Positions 1-12,645 of a stretch of 64,000 bases of DNA are shown here, one piece after another. The translations under genes were made by a program, and so were the position numbers. The notes under the pieces are model-generated. The model did no database searches. It had not been told where the DNA came from and saw only the letters and a program-made list of their open reading frames with translations. The stretch lies in assembly GCA_043228905.1 (NCBI GenBank), contig JBHGNT010000021.1, forward strand, positions 6,324,001 to 6,388,000. Reading direction: 5' to 3'. The DNA is from Azolla caroliniana (taxonomy: Eukaryota; Plantae; Polypodiophyta). Position 1 is the stretch's first letter, and each line of letters opens with the position of its first letter.

Positions 1-159
1 ATAATATATATATTTTATTATCATCATTCTCTCTCTCTCTCTCTCACTCATTCTTTCCTTCTCTCGAAAGTTCTACACCTCCCTTAGTAATAATCCTCAT
101 CTTTTAGTACTAATTCCTTCTCTGTCTTAGTATTGTTAGTCTTAGTACCGTTCTTGACA
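1..159 (+). repeat. Probable 3' end of the 5' LTR of a Ty3 chromovirus
   Basis: Ends ...TTGACA(159), the inverted complement of the TGTCA that starts the putative 3' LTR at 32888; lies just upstream of gag. Confidence 0.5.
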
Positions 160-254
160 GTTTGAACTGATTTTGGTCTCCTTCCTTCTCTTCCTTATCT
201 TCATACTTCTCGCTCCCTTCATACTAATATCTTATTCCTCTTTTCTCTCATACT

Positions 255-1357
255 ATGGCCACAATTAGCGCTCAAGAATATCAACCCGCTTTCTCGGAGT
301 TGCAATGCTTGAAAGAGAAGTTTCTCACATTGGAACAAGAAAATCAATGACTGTTGGGGGAGCTTCAACAAATCTCCTTAGAGAAGCAGCAGACGCACCA
401 ACAACATGGGGAACTAGCGTTATGTGTGCAACAACTCAAAGCAGCCATAGTAACGATGCAACAACAAGGACCCAGTATGCAAGGGATTCATAAAGAACCT
501 AAGATCGGCCTTCCCATGAAATTTGATGGAATGCGATCGCAGTTTAGAGTATTCCTTAATAAGGTATGATTAGTCATTCAAATGCATCCTTCTCGATATC
601 CCACCGATGTGTCACGAGTGGGTTTAGTAGGCACGTTGTTAAGTGGCTCAACTTTGGCATGTTTCGCTCCGTTGTTAGAAAAGGAATCTCCTTTACTAAA
701 CAATTTTGAAGAGTTTTTAAGTGAGTTTAAAGCCTGTTTTGGAGATACTAACAACATAAGGACAACAATCAACAAAATCCGACGATTACGTCAAGGTGAT
801 CGTCTAGCCTCCACATACGCTGTAGATTTCCGCCTACTCGCCTCCGATATCCCCTGGGATGACCAAGCACTAATGGAGCAATTTCGTTATGGTCTACATA
901 ACGATGTCAAGGATTTACTCTTGACCTTCCCCGAAGAACCGAAGTCATTAATAGAAGCAATCAGTCGCGGGGTGAGATGCGACAACCGTCTTTTCGAACA
1001 ACGTTTGGAATGTTAGTTTCAGATGCCAAGGGCAAGATCAGAGTCCACCTACGCCTCAGTGGTAGCAAAACCTTTTCCAAGGGAGTCATATAATGCCTCT
1101 CCAGTGAATACTCCAACTCCGATGGAAATTGACACTACACGTCGTCGCGGGTCATTACCGAAAGAAGAAAAGCAGTGACGCCGAGCAAATCGACTATGTC
1201 TTTATAGCGGTGGACCAGGGCATATTGTAGTGAATTGTCCCCATAGGCCAAGAAGACAGGTAAACCAAATAGTTGCTAGTTCTAATTGTAGTAAACCGAA
1301 GTCTATTTTAGTAGGAATATTTGATAGTCCTAATAGTACTAATAGCCCAAATCTATC
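255..1357 (+). pseudogene. Ty3/gypsy chromovirus (Tcn1-like) gag, disrupted
   Basis: PKIGLPMKFDGMRSQFRVF, LRQGDR...YAVDFRLLA...WDDQALMEQFRYGL capsid motifs, TPMEID and a decayed zinc knuckle CLYSGGPGHIVVNC; has stops and frameshifts; cut at 1358 by a Copia LTR. Confidence 0.85.
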
Positions 1358-1638
1358 TGTAAAGAATCAATGGTGATTCTTGTGTAGCGGAAGAGATGTG
1401 TGTTATGTGTATGTGTGAGAGGAAAGAGGAGAGGAGTGTTACCGGCCGGCAAAGGAGTCTAGAGTGTGAAACGGGGAGTTATTTAATTGTTAGAAATGGT
1501 TGTAAGTAAGCTATGAGTGTGGACGGACGGACCGGAATCGATATGCCGTTCTAGATCCGGACCGATCCTGAACAGGTGCAGATGGCACCGTTTTGTACTA
1601 CAGAGCGGAAACCTATTTAAAGGCCCGGATACAATGTA

Positions 1639-3250
1639 GATCATTCGACGCTCCTCTACCTGGTGTCCAAGCCGTCACTCACCGGTAAGTTGGCCCGGTG
1701 GGCCTTACTGTTACAGGAATTCGAGTTCGAAATATTCCACCGACTAGGTATACAGCATGCCGTAGCAGATTACTTAAGCCGATTAGAGTTCGGAGAAATG
1801 GGTGACGGGGTAGCAGACGAGTTTTCGGATGCGGAGCTGTTTCGAGTCACTACGGAAACGACAGCAGATGAGACGGTGGCACAGGAAGACAAGTGGCTCA
1901 CAAATATGCACCAGTTTTTGAGCACAGGACTGCCTCCGGAAGAGATGAACCGGGACGAAAGGAAACGCCTGGCAGTGCAAAGTGTGCGCAACGATGAAAA
2001 GGACCTCATACTGAGGGAAGCCCACTGCGGAGTTGCCGGAGGTCACTATGCCGGAGATGCGACGACCAGGAAAATATGGCAAAGTGGCCTATGGTGGCCA
2101 ACGACATTAAGAGATGTGGTACGGTACGCAAAAGAATGTGACCTATGCCAGTGAATGGGCCAGCCAACGGAGCAGGCTTGTATGCCACACCAGCTTGTAC
2201 TACCACTCGAGCCATTCCAGAAGTGGGGGCTGGACTTTGTTGGATCGTTCAAACCACCGGCAATGAGAACAGGTAATCGGTACGTCATCGTCGCAACGGA
2301 TTACTGCACGAAATGGGTGGAGGCCAAAGCCTTAAGAGACAACACCGCTGCGTCAACGACAAAATTTCTATACGAGTACATCTGGTGCCGTTACGGATGG
2401 ATGCCCAATCGAATTAATAAGCGACCAAGGGGGACACTTTCTCGGCCAAGTAGTTGAAAGCCTGACGACATTCTATGCCATTGTCCATAAACGGAGCACA
2501 CCATACTATCCGCAAGCAAACGGGTTAGCTGAATCGACGAACAAAACGCTCCAGAATATCCTCCGAAAGATCGTCAACGAAAACCGAACGGATTGGGATA
2601 CCAAGCTACATAGCGTGCTTTGGGCATACCAGACAACATACAAAACGAGCATCCGGACAACACCATTCCGGTTAGCGTTCAGACTAGAGGCGGTCATGCC
2701 GGTGGAATTCCAAGTACCAAGCTTACGGATCCAGCTACGGGAACGACTGAACGAGAAGGAGTCGGAGGCAATATGGTTAACAACGCTGTGTGAACTCGAG
2801 GAACAATGACTGGCAAGCATCCTGCACTTAGAATTGGAACAACGGTGACGGAAAGCATTTGTCGACCGGCACATGAAAGGAAATGAAAAAATGTTCACAA
2901 TCGGCAAACCGATGTTAGTATTTCAGACCCAGATGGGCAAGATGCCGGGAAAACTACGGTTTAGATGGACCGGCTTGTATTGGCTGACACGTGAATATAA
3001 TGGGTCCTACCAGTTAGGGACACTTGCCGGCAAAGTGCTAGGCAAATGGGTCAACGGATTCCGATTGAAGCCATATAGAGGACCGATGCTTAGGAACCCA
3101 TTTGAGCAAAGGACCGATACCGGTGAGGAAACGACAACCTGTGAGGGGAACGACAACCACCAAGATGGCAAGCCAGTAACAGGGGAGAATGAGGTGACGG
3201 CAAACCGTAATGAGGCCGGTAAGGGTCCGATAGGACCAACGGACAACTAA
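1639..3250 (+). pseudogene. Ty3 pol remnant: RNase H C-terminus plus integrase
   Basis: KLARWALLLQEFEFEI, HAVADYLSRL, HHCC (AHCGVAGGH...CDLCQ), KWGLDFVG, YYPQANGLAESTNK, GKLRFRWTG; stops and frameshifts present. Confidence 0.9.
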
Positions 3251-3321
3251 CCTCACACCACATTAAAATTTATCAAAAAAAAAAAAAAAAAACGAAGTTG
3301 TCATGCAAAAGCGAGGTATGA

Positions 3322-6300
3322 ATGGACGAGAGAGCGAGGAGTGAAAAGGTATGTAGTGGGCATTTAAGAGCCACCACAGGACATAATGCTATTTTAGTAC
3401 ATGACGTGCACACACTCGAAAAAGGTGCCAGAATGCACAGAGAAAAACCACTGCGCGTGGAGACCCTCTACTTTCGCGAACCCAGGAGCACAGAAGCACC
3501 AAGGCGCTGCAAGATCATCAGACGAGAACCTACGCACAGAGAACCCCCGCCTTCTGAACTCTCTCTCTCTCACTCTCACTCTCATCACCAGCCAACCTCG
3601 CCACCACAAGCCGCCAAGACATGGCTAAAGCAACACGGGCTCGAGGGCTTCTTGATGATTATGGAGGTACCGCCACACAAAGAAGCCGACAAGGTGATCA
3701 AAGAAATCGACACAGAGGTCATAACGGCGGAGGTGATACGTGCGTTAACAGGCCTTCCGGAGGGAGGCATACTCACGATTGACAACCCGACCTCGGAGCA
3801 ACTCATCAAGTATTTTGGTGAATACTCCCTAGCCAGCAAGGGCTACCGGACACAGGGCGGCGGAGATATGTTGTTCCGTGAGATTGCTCGTGTGCTCCAC
3901 GAATACGGCCATGTGTACCCTAGACCCCCTGTCATGCCGCAGAACCGGGCAGGGATGATCATCGCCACCTATGAAGGGATCAAAGTGGATTGGCCAGTAT
4001 TGATCGCAGACGGTTTGTGTGCGGCGATCGAGATCGTCAGAGGCAAAGACGGCAAAGAAGGCCGAGACGGACGGAGGATATGGCACGCCGTAACGCAGTG
4101 GCTCACCTTACTTGTGCCACTCGTCCAGCCCATCCAACCCAAGAAGCGGGGAAGAGTGGCGGACGGCACCCCAAAGACTGCTTCCAAAAGACAACAACTG
4201 TTGGCCTCTAAGGCCACTAAGGGGAAGGTGGCGGACGTAGAACAGGCGGGAAATGAGAGCGCCAACCGGAAGCGGCCAACGGATGCGCAAGAGGAACCAC
4301 CGGTACGGCCCGTAAAGGTTACACTCCGCCGACCGGTGAATAGAGAAGCGGACCCCTTGGCGGCAAAATTCAATGCCGGGACTTAGGAAGAGGAAATAGA
4401 GGAGGAGCCTACGGAGCACCTCCAGCGATGGTTGTCGGCAAGGACCGTTGAGGCAGCCGGGAAACGTTCGGACCCTCAGACGGAGGGAACACTAGCTCCC
4501 CATACTGAGACTCCCATGCCAAGGGAGGAACCGGAACCGGTGCGCATAGCACCGGAATCAGAAGCCCCTACACCACCGGCAACACCGGCAAGTCCCATCC
4601 CGCCAGAGCCGGAAAGGTCAATGCAGCCTCCCTCGGCCAACCAAGAAGAAGCGCAAGGGGAACCAGGACAGCAGGGTGGTCCACGGGCAAAAACGGAATT
4701 GCAACTCGGCGTAATCAGGCGGGACCACCCATCTACAAGCAATCCCATCCGTCAAACCTCCGTGCAAACGCAACAACAAGGCACCGGTAGCCTGTGGCTC
4801 CGGTGGATAGGTGAACAGATTGCCGGAGCAGTAGGGTATATTGAGGTGGAAGAAAGAGCGCACAACGAACGGTTGCTCATCACAACCGAACAACTAGAGA
4901 CGGCCCGGTCCAGAATCCGGTGCCTTGAAAAAGACTTGGATCAGGTCACGACAGAAATGGCCAAAATGGCCTTAACGGCAACATAGATCCAATCACCGGT
5001 GACTCCGGCAAGTGTCTAGAATAAAGAACCAGACCAAGCTGTACATACTAATAAGACCCTGACAACGGAAACCGTCCCAGAGAGAGATGCGGCGCAAGCC
5101 TAGGAGCTTGCGGAATTGAGAGATGAACTTGCCGCACAAGAAGCGCTAAGGAAGCCGAATTAAAGAAGACTACTGAGAACCTCCGCCGGGCAGAGGAGAG
5201 CCTCTGGAAAGGCCATCAAGTGTACGACCGACTAAGGGAGGAAAAAGGCAAAGTGCTGCAGGAAAAGGACAAACTGCGGAAGACGGCGAAAACGGAAATT
5301 GAACGGCTAAAGGAAGAGCTCCGCCAGCAGAAGGACCGCGAGGACCAGGCTCGTAGACAGATCAACGCAAGGCTTAAGCAAAAGACAGATGATTTTGAGC
5401 TCCTGCACCGGGACTTCAAACGGCTGGAAACAGAGCATAAAGAATGGATGGCCAAACTCCAGCAGGAAGTTGATCGGGCCGCGACGGCGATCACCGACGA
5501 ACGTGCGGAAAATACAAGACGGTTGGACGAGGCGGAGAAGGTCCGGATGGAGCTCCAGAGGCAGCAACAGGAAGAAAAGGAGAGAGCGTCAACGGTATTG
5601 CAAAAATTACAAAGCACATATCAAAGGCAATTGACGCATTACAAGGAGCAGGCGGAAGACAACGTCAAAATCATCAAGCAACTGAAGGAGGAACGACAAG
5701 CGACGGAGATCAAATCGCAATTGGGAACGAGCCGGATTCAGTGCATCCTCCGGGCATGGTTGAATAAGACAAAACGCTTGATTGACGAAAGCTCCGTAAG
5801 ATGGTGGACAAAGTGGGCACAAAATGCGGCGGAACTCCAATTGCTACGGGCAGACGTGGCAAACCGGCGGAAGGAAGGAGATGATTGTTACACGTTGACT
5901 TCTGAGGACTTCACCGCCATACGAGACGAGCTGGTCGACGACTTCCAAGTCCTAGCGGATGAACAGCTGGCGTAGGTCCGGCAACTCGTAGCTCAGCTAG
6001 ACGATGATAGGCTGGACGCTCAAATCCAGTTTGAAAGCTACGAGCGGTCCCGGGTTCGGGAAGAAAAAGCACGGGAAGCGGCAATGGTTAACCTTAGTGA
6101 TGAGGAACCGTCGCAAGCCGAGGGCCAGGCCAGAACCAGTCAACCGGAGACCACTAGGACGGAGGGAGCAACGACGGAGATGCCGGTGTCAGAGCAACAA
6201 ACAGAGGAGCAACCGTAGTAGCCACCAAAGGACCCGTCGCAGCAGCCATCAACAGAGCAGCAGCAACCACAACAACAACAACAACCAATTCCAGATGAAC

Positions 6301-6436
6301 CATTGGAGAATCTCGAACAATGCATTCTGGATATTTTGGACGAAGAATAGCAAGGGTCGGATGTGGATTCGACGTACAAGGTACTGTCCCACGGGCGTGC
6401 CATGTGTTACCGGCCGACAAAAGAGTCCAGAGTGTG
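3322..6436 (+). pseudogene. Extra (env-position) ORF of the Ty3 element: globular N-terminus, Pro/Glu-rich linker, long coiled coil
   Basis: ORFs 3322-4386 and 4432-4986 share a frame, separated by one TAG; after a frameshift near 5160 the heptad-rich ORF 5220-5975 reads on through isolated stops toward the LTR. Confidence 0.7.
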
Positions 6437-6837
6437 AAACGGGGAGTTATTTAATTGTTAGGAATGGTTGTAAGTAAGCTATGAGTGTGGACGGACGGAC
6501 CGGAATCGGTATGCCGTTCCGGATCCGGACCGATCCCGAACAGGTGCGGATGGCACCGTTTTGTACTACAGACCGAAAACCTATTTAAAGGCCCAGATAC
6601 AATGTAATGAGCAGCGGTTAATTAATAAAGATTAGCGTTTTTTTATCTCTGTGTTAATTTCCGTTCTGCATTCATTGTTATATCTTACGCGGGTGATTAT
6701 TAAGGACGATCTTACTAAGTAGCCTAATTAAGTCGGATTAATCGTTGATTCTAATCCTCTTGCCGTAACACCCCTTTGGTGAAGTGTCTTCCGTAGACAC
6801 TCTGTGTTAGGCCATTGTCCGGCCCTAAGAGTTAACA
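6405..6837 (+). repeat. 3' LTR of the Ty3 element (433 bp)
   Basis: First ~200 bp near-identical to 1437-1638; TG...CA ends. Confidence 0.92.
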
Positions 6838-7399
6838 AGGAGAGAAACACAAGATGGATAAGAGACAAAATGAAGTACTCAAGAAGAAGGAGATGTATAT
6901 TAACAAGGAGAATATGATAAATGAAAATGTACCATTACAAGGAGTCAAACCGACTTAGTATGAAGTATGAGGAGGGTGCTTTATATAGAGTCACCCTCTC
7001 TCTTCATTAACTTACAACAACCACTCTCTCTCTTGGGGAATGTGAAGACTCATAGTCATGGGGAATATGTAACTCATTAGTTATGTGTCATAGAATATAA
7101 TTCTATGACACATAGTTAATGTGTAGAGAGTAGTGGTGTGAGTCTTGACCTTTGAGTAATCATTGATTCTCAAAAGGTGTGTTCACACATTGTGCTATGT
7201 TGAGCTTGATTCTCAACACGCCCCCTCAAGCTCAACTCGGGTTGGTTCCTTTCGATTGATGTCCACTTCGGTTGGTGTCCGGTTCAGATGATCTCTAGTG
7301 TCCGCTTCGGCTCGTACCCGGTTCAGACGATATCCGGTTCTCGCTTGTACTCCTCCTCAAGCTTGGCAAGTCAGGGATCGTCAATCCGAGGTCTGACAT

Positions 7400-7875
7400 G
7401 AATTGCCGAAGCTTGTCGGCTCTTAAGGCTTTGGTGAAGATGTCGGCCGTCTGAAGATTCGTGTTGATGTGTTGAAGGTCGACATCTCAGGCCTGTATGC
7501 GCTCTCGAATGAAGTGATAGTGTACTTCGATGTGGTTTGTGCGTGCGTGGAACACCGGGTTCCGAGCCAGATATATACAACTCATATTGTCGCAGTAAAT
7601 GGGAGTCGGATCCTGGATGGGGACACCCATATCCTTCAAAATCCTCTTGAGCCATACGGCTTCACATGTAGCTATGACTGCGCCCCTGTATTCGGCCTTT
7701 GTACTCGAAAGTGCGACGATAGGCTGCTTCTTACTACTCCAAGATATTGCTCCGCTACCGAGCGACAAGAAAAATCCGGAGGTCGATCGTCAATTAGCTT
7801 TGTAGCTTGCCTAGTCCGCATCTGTGTACCCTTCGAGTCGTATTGGTGTGACCGATGTGTAGAGAACGCCGTAAT
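7400..7875 (-). pseudogene. Copia RT C-terminus / RNase H
   Basis: GAISWSSKKQPIVALSSTKAEY...IYCDNMSCIYLARNPVFHARTNHIEVHYHFIRE. Confidence 0.92.
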
Positions 7876-7904
7876 AACACGTTCACGTTCACAAGTGGAA
7901 GGAT
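7876..7904 (+). repeat. Left terminal inverted repeat
   Basis: 29-bp inverted match to 28899-28927. Confidence 0.92.
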
Positions 7905-8243
7905 CACACATAAATGGAAGGGTAAGGAAAATTTTGGTTGATTTTAGGGCTTTTTCAATGATTTTACAAAACACATTGATACCAGTATCATACATGTTCA
8001 AACAAACTATGAAAAAGGTTAAAAATCCACTATTTTCGTGATTTAGAAGTAACTAAAAAAAGAGGAATTTCAAAAAGTTACATTCTCAATTTATATCACA
8101 AACTTTATAACCAATGTTATTTTATAAGAAACAATTTTTTAGAAATCATAAGAATTCAAAACACATGCCTTTATATTACTTGATTTGTTACAAGCGGAAT
8201 GTAATTACACTTAATAGCCAAAAATACATTCATGATCACTCCT

Positions 8244-11200
8244 TTACGGAGAATCACTACTATAACTAATATACAATGACGATTCCTCCTCGTCATCCTC
8301 GGATGTACCAATCAGTGCATTATCTTCGTCATAAACCAAATGGTTTGACTCTAGATTATATGTAGCAGATCTCGTTTGCCTTTGACTCGAGCCACCTTGT
8401 AGACTTGGTAATTTTTCTTTTATTATATCTATTGTTGACTTCCTTAATCGTCCGGCTTTTGTAAGTGTGAAGTCGTACACGATGATATCCACATCAGAGA
8501 AATTAAGGGTCGAGGTGTTACGAATGTTTCGCTTCCTCTTCCTACCTCCCCTTCTTGTTGGGCATTCAATCATCTCCAATGTATACTTACCTGTAAAAGC
8601 ATTTGCCCTTCTAGTGTTGTACCAATGAACATTTATAGACTTGATCGTGTTTTCTATTTCATGCATTAGCACTTCTAGAATTTTACCAACCCAAAATTGG
8701 TGGCCATGTGAGTTCTCATCAGCCGGCGTTGCAATCAACATCCTCGCCGTGAGCTCTTGCAAATTGCCTTGCCATCTAGCTTCGGCTGCTTTGGTCATCC
8801 TTGGTCCCACATAAACGTCTCTTTGTTGTGGATGGACCAAACTGTCATTAATCGCGTTTGCTAGTTGCTCCAGAGTTTTATTTACACGATCATGTTGCAA
8901 CGACCATGTGAATGGCGTTTCCAAATTCCAATTATCACCAAATACTCAATTGTCTATAATTCCTTTCTGATCACTATAAAATACATCCCACCATGACGTT
9001 GTCGTGCCTTTCGGCTCCGGATCGTTGCGTGAGTCGGGTGGGAACTGCCGAGGTTTTGGACTAGGAGGAAGAAAAATACAAATAAGGCTAGTAAAGAATA
9101 GGTATAAAGAGTTATAAGATAAGAATCTTGTGAATCCCACGAGTTTAGTATATTTAGTCAATATTTAGGTAGTAAGAGAGAATTATTTTGGCAAATTCGT
9201 GAATCCCACGAATATTTTAGATTGATTGATCATTATAGAAAAAAATCAACAAAAACTACAATGTGCTCCCCATCCTTATATAGTGATGGGAGAGACTAAG
9301 CATAGCTACATGCTTTTTCTAATACGTTCATGCACACTAAATGTGCATGTGATGCTTTTCTAATCCTTGCTTTTATTTGCTAAATATAGTGCTCATGCAC
9401 GCTAGATGTGCATGAGTCACTTTTTAGTTGCTTGCGTTTTTCTATAAAATATTCACGCACTCTAAAAATACATGATTTACCTTTTAATAAAGGTAGGCGC
9501 AAATAAAGCACTTATAGTTATTAAATATATTTGTAGCATAATGGTAAAGTTGAGGTTTGGCTATGTGGAGGTATAGGGTTTGAATCTTGCCCTATGCACG
9601 TGATAAATATTTTGATATTCTGATTTTATTTATTTATATGTAATTAAATCGGTTATATTATTTTTACTTTTTCACGTAGTGTATGAAATACACTACGACA
9701 ACGTGTCTTGTTGTGCGGCATATTTCTTGGCGGCCTCAATATGCTTTCTTTTTTCTTATAAGGCTTGGAGCCATAACCATTTTTGTTCTGATACCAAGTC
9801 ACTTTGCAACTGTCCTTTCTTCTCAATTGGCATTTGCTTAGCTCCATGGACAATTGTACTCGGTATAAAAAGTAATAACTGGCAACCACCTTCAGGTTCC
9901 CATGTTGTAGAAGATGAATATTGTTTAGCATACAAAAGCGTAGAACCACTTATTTCATTTTTCTTTATCATAAAAATGTGATTGAAGCTTATGTTGTTTA
10001 ACTAGGCAAGCACTTTAACATTCCCAACACCCCCATTCAATATATACATCTCTTAAAGTCATATACCTCCTTCAATTGTAACATTTTTGGGCGTGGTGTA
10101 TATGCATCACAAATGACATCAAATAGTTTAGGTAATGTGAAAGCATCATGCCGAGACAACTGTCTGGAGAATGTGCTAAACATCTGATCTATATGATCAT
10201 GTGTGTGGCCAACCAAAAAAAAATTGACTTTCACTTTTCTAAACAATCATTGGTTGACCAACATACTTAGATAGCCAAACACAATTGAATTTTTGTTCTC
10301 TCTAGCAGTATTGTCCAATTGAATGTATAGAACAATGGGGAAAGGTTGGCCCCAAGACATCAAAACTTAGTGAATCACTATAACTGTTAGGTTAGGGTCA
10401 TTGTGAACATGTGAGGTCCAATAGACCTATTATAAGCTAAGCATCCCACCAAGTGCATTTGAACAAGGCACTCATCATTGACGTCTTTGGGGAGCTTCCG
10501 CATATGCAGCAATCACGTCTTCTCCTGGTCCATGCCATCTATCATTAAGCACATGTATTGTTCAGGCCTCTTCAAACACTTCTCTCTATGATGCATCACC
10601 TTCTTTCGTTCTAACATTGTGCCTCACGATGCTCTTGTAGTAACTTCTTACTCATATCCTTTTCCATTGATGTCTTTGCACCTTTAGCCAAACTTTTAAG
10701 ATTTGCACAAATGGACCAATACTCCATGCGTACTTTACGTGGAATGATAACATTTGAAAACCAAACTCTCCATAATCTTGTGAATTGGCTATATGTGACA
10801 GACTTATTATGTGAGCCCACCATATCAGATCGATAGACATCATAAACTTCCCAACATGTGTAATTATCAAAGAGGTGCATCCTACCTGTAGTGGGCATTA
10901 CTTCACAATTTAACTGAAAGTAACTTTTCATCCAACCAATAACATGTCTTCCAATTGCACCTTTCATACTTGGAACCTCATTACAATTGAACATCTGATC
11001 CCCGCTAAGTAGACGTTGTTGTACTCTATGTAGCCGCATGTTACTAACACATAACGCAATTTTGAATGCAACTCTACATATCTATTGCGCATGGAAGATA
11101 TAATACTCGAATGATACTTTGATCCCCGTACATTTGTCAGACACTAGTTGCATATGTGACACGAGGTAAGTGTCTTGCTCATCACTAGTCATCGAAAAAT

Positions 11201-11717
11201 AGTATCGCCTTAATTCTCGCAACTTTGATTTTCCAATCATAGACATACAACCACGGGCACAACATATATTTTTGACATCAAATCCAATCTGTTTATCTGA
11301 TGTCACCAAGTTAAATCTAGCTAGATGAATTCTTCGTGGGATTCTTCTAATATGCATAGGGCTTCCAGATTTCTCTTCCTGCATAGAAGTTGGTGTAACC
11401 TTGTTACTATCCAATTCTTTGTTGTGACCATCGCCCATGATATTCGATGTTTCATTGGCACTACCTTCATTCTCCATATCTTTATTAATATCGTATTCTT
11501 CAATAGAGAACTCTTCACACGTGTCAATATTCACATTCGTTGTAGGTGAAGATGAGCTTAGACAATACTCTTTGATAGAATATGGTGAGTTTGTCGACAG
11601 ACAATATTCTTCAATAGAAAATGGTGAGTCTGTTGACAAGCAATACTCTTCGGTAGTAAACGAAGAGTCTGATGACAAACAATATTCTTCAATCGAGAAC
11701 GGTGAGTCTTCACTCAT
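8244..11717 (-). pseudogene. DDD-type transposase, Sola-like, decayed; probable intron at ~9050-9650
   Basis: Motifs in order: ICCARGC, NCEVMPTTGRMHL, SICANLK, YMCLMIDGMDQEK (D1), LYIQLDNTARENKN (D2), FFLVGHTHDHIDQMFS (D3), and C-terminal FWVGKILEV...VHWY; internal stops and frameshifts. Confidence 0.8.
11500..11715 (-). repeat. 39-bp (13-aa) tandem repeat at the transposase N-terminus
   Basis: DSPFSIEEYCLSS-like unit four times, plus a degenerate FSIEEY. Confidence 0.85.
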
Positions 11718-12418
11718 GGCTTAAGGTCCACACAGAGCTCTTTAAGTTATGTGCTTAGGCTAAGGCAGAAAACTGATAAGCTCCTCTCTAAACATAAACT
11801 CCTCTCTAAACAGAAGCTCCCTCAATATAATGTCTATATTATTTAATATTATATTAATACAATACATAAAGATATTATTCGACATATTAATATTAAACAC
11901 ATAAAGATGTAATTGTATTCAACATATTAATAATTACTTAAACTAGTCTCAATAAAGTTAAATCAAGTATAATATCATTACAATCATTATGAAGCCATAT
12001 ATATGTTGGATTAAAGTTAAAATCATTGGTTAATTAATGGCACCCATATTTAATATAGAACTTCTCAGTCATTGGTTCATTCATGCCCACCAATTTAAAT
12101 ATAAGAATTTTCAATCATTGGTTCATTAATGCCCACATCTTTAATACAAAGAAATTAAGAGTCATAAAAATGTTGCTTTGATTAATCAATCATTGGTTCA
12201 TTCATGAACCTCTATCATTGTTTCCTTCATGACCTTCAAAGTCATTGTATGTTATTTTGACTATAAAATAATCATCAATATGTTAGTTTGACTTTGTAAT
12301 CATTGATGCAATCATAAGTAACTCTAGTTAAAGTGATTGTGGTTACTAACTAACTAACCTCAAGCTTGCCAACCCTGGTTAAAGTGACTGTGGTTACTTT
12401 AACCACTGTGGTCAATCC

Positions 12419-12430
12419 CTATAAATAGGA
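12419..12430 (+). promoter_or_regulatory. Putative TATA box of the cargo gene
   Basis: CTATAAATAGG about 140 bp upstream of ATG 12562, followed by a short (AGAGCAC)n leader. Confidence 0.5.
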
Positions 12431-12645
12431 AGACCTCGTCATATTTCAGTCACACGAAGCACAAGAGCACATAGAGCAAACAGAGCACACAGAGCACACA
12501 GAGCACATAGAGCACGAAGCACGAAAGCGAGATCTCCGCCTAAACATTGACAAGATCAACCATGTCTTCAAAGAAAATCGAGCGCTAGGACTCCAAGTAA
12601 GCCTCTGACATTGTGGACATTTTTGTAAATATGTTTTAGCACTTA

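Larger units (their letters stand above)
1437..6837 (+). mobile_element. Non-chromovirus Ty3/gypsy element, internally deleted, with a long extra ORF
   Basis: TGTTAC...TTAACA termini, 5-bp TSD AGGAG (1432-1436 / 6838-6842), 5' LTR truncated (1437-~1638), full 3' LTR 6405-6837. Confidence 0.92.
1358..7217 (-). repeat. 3' LTR of the minus-strand Copia, interrupted by a Ty3 element at 1437-6837
   Basis: 1358-1436 plus 6843-7217 align with the LTR at 31314-31766. Confidence 0.88.
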
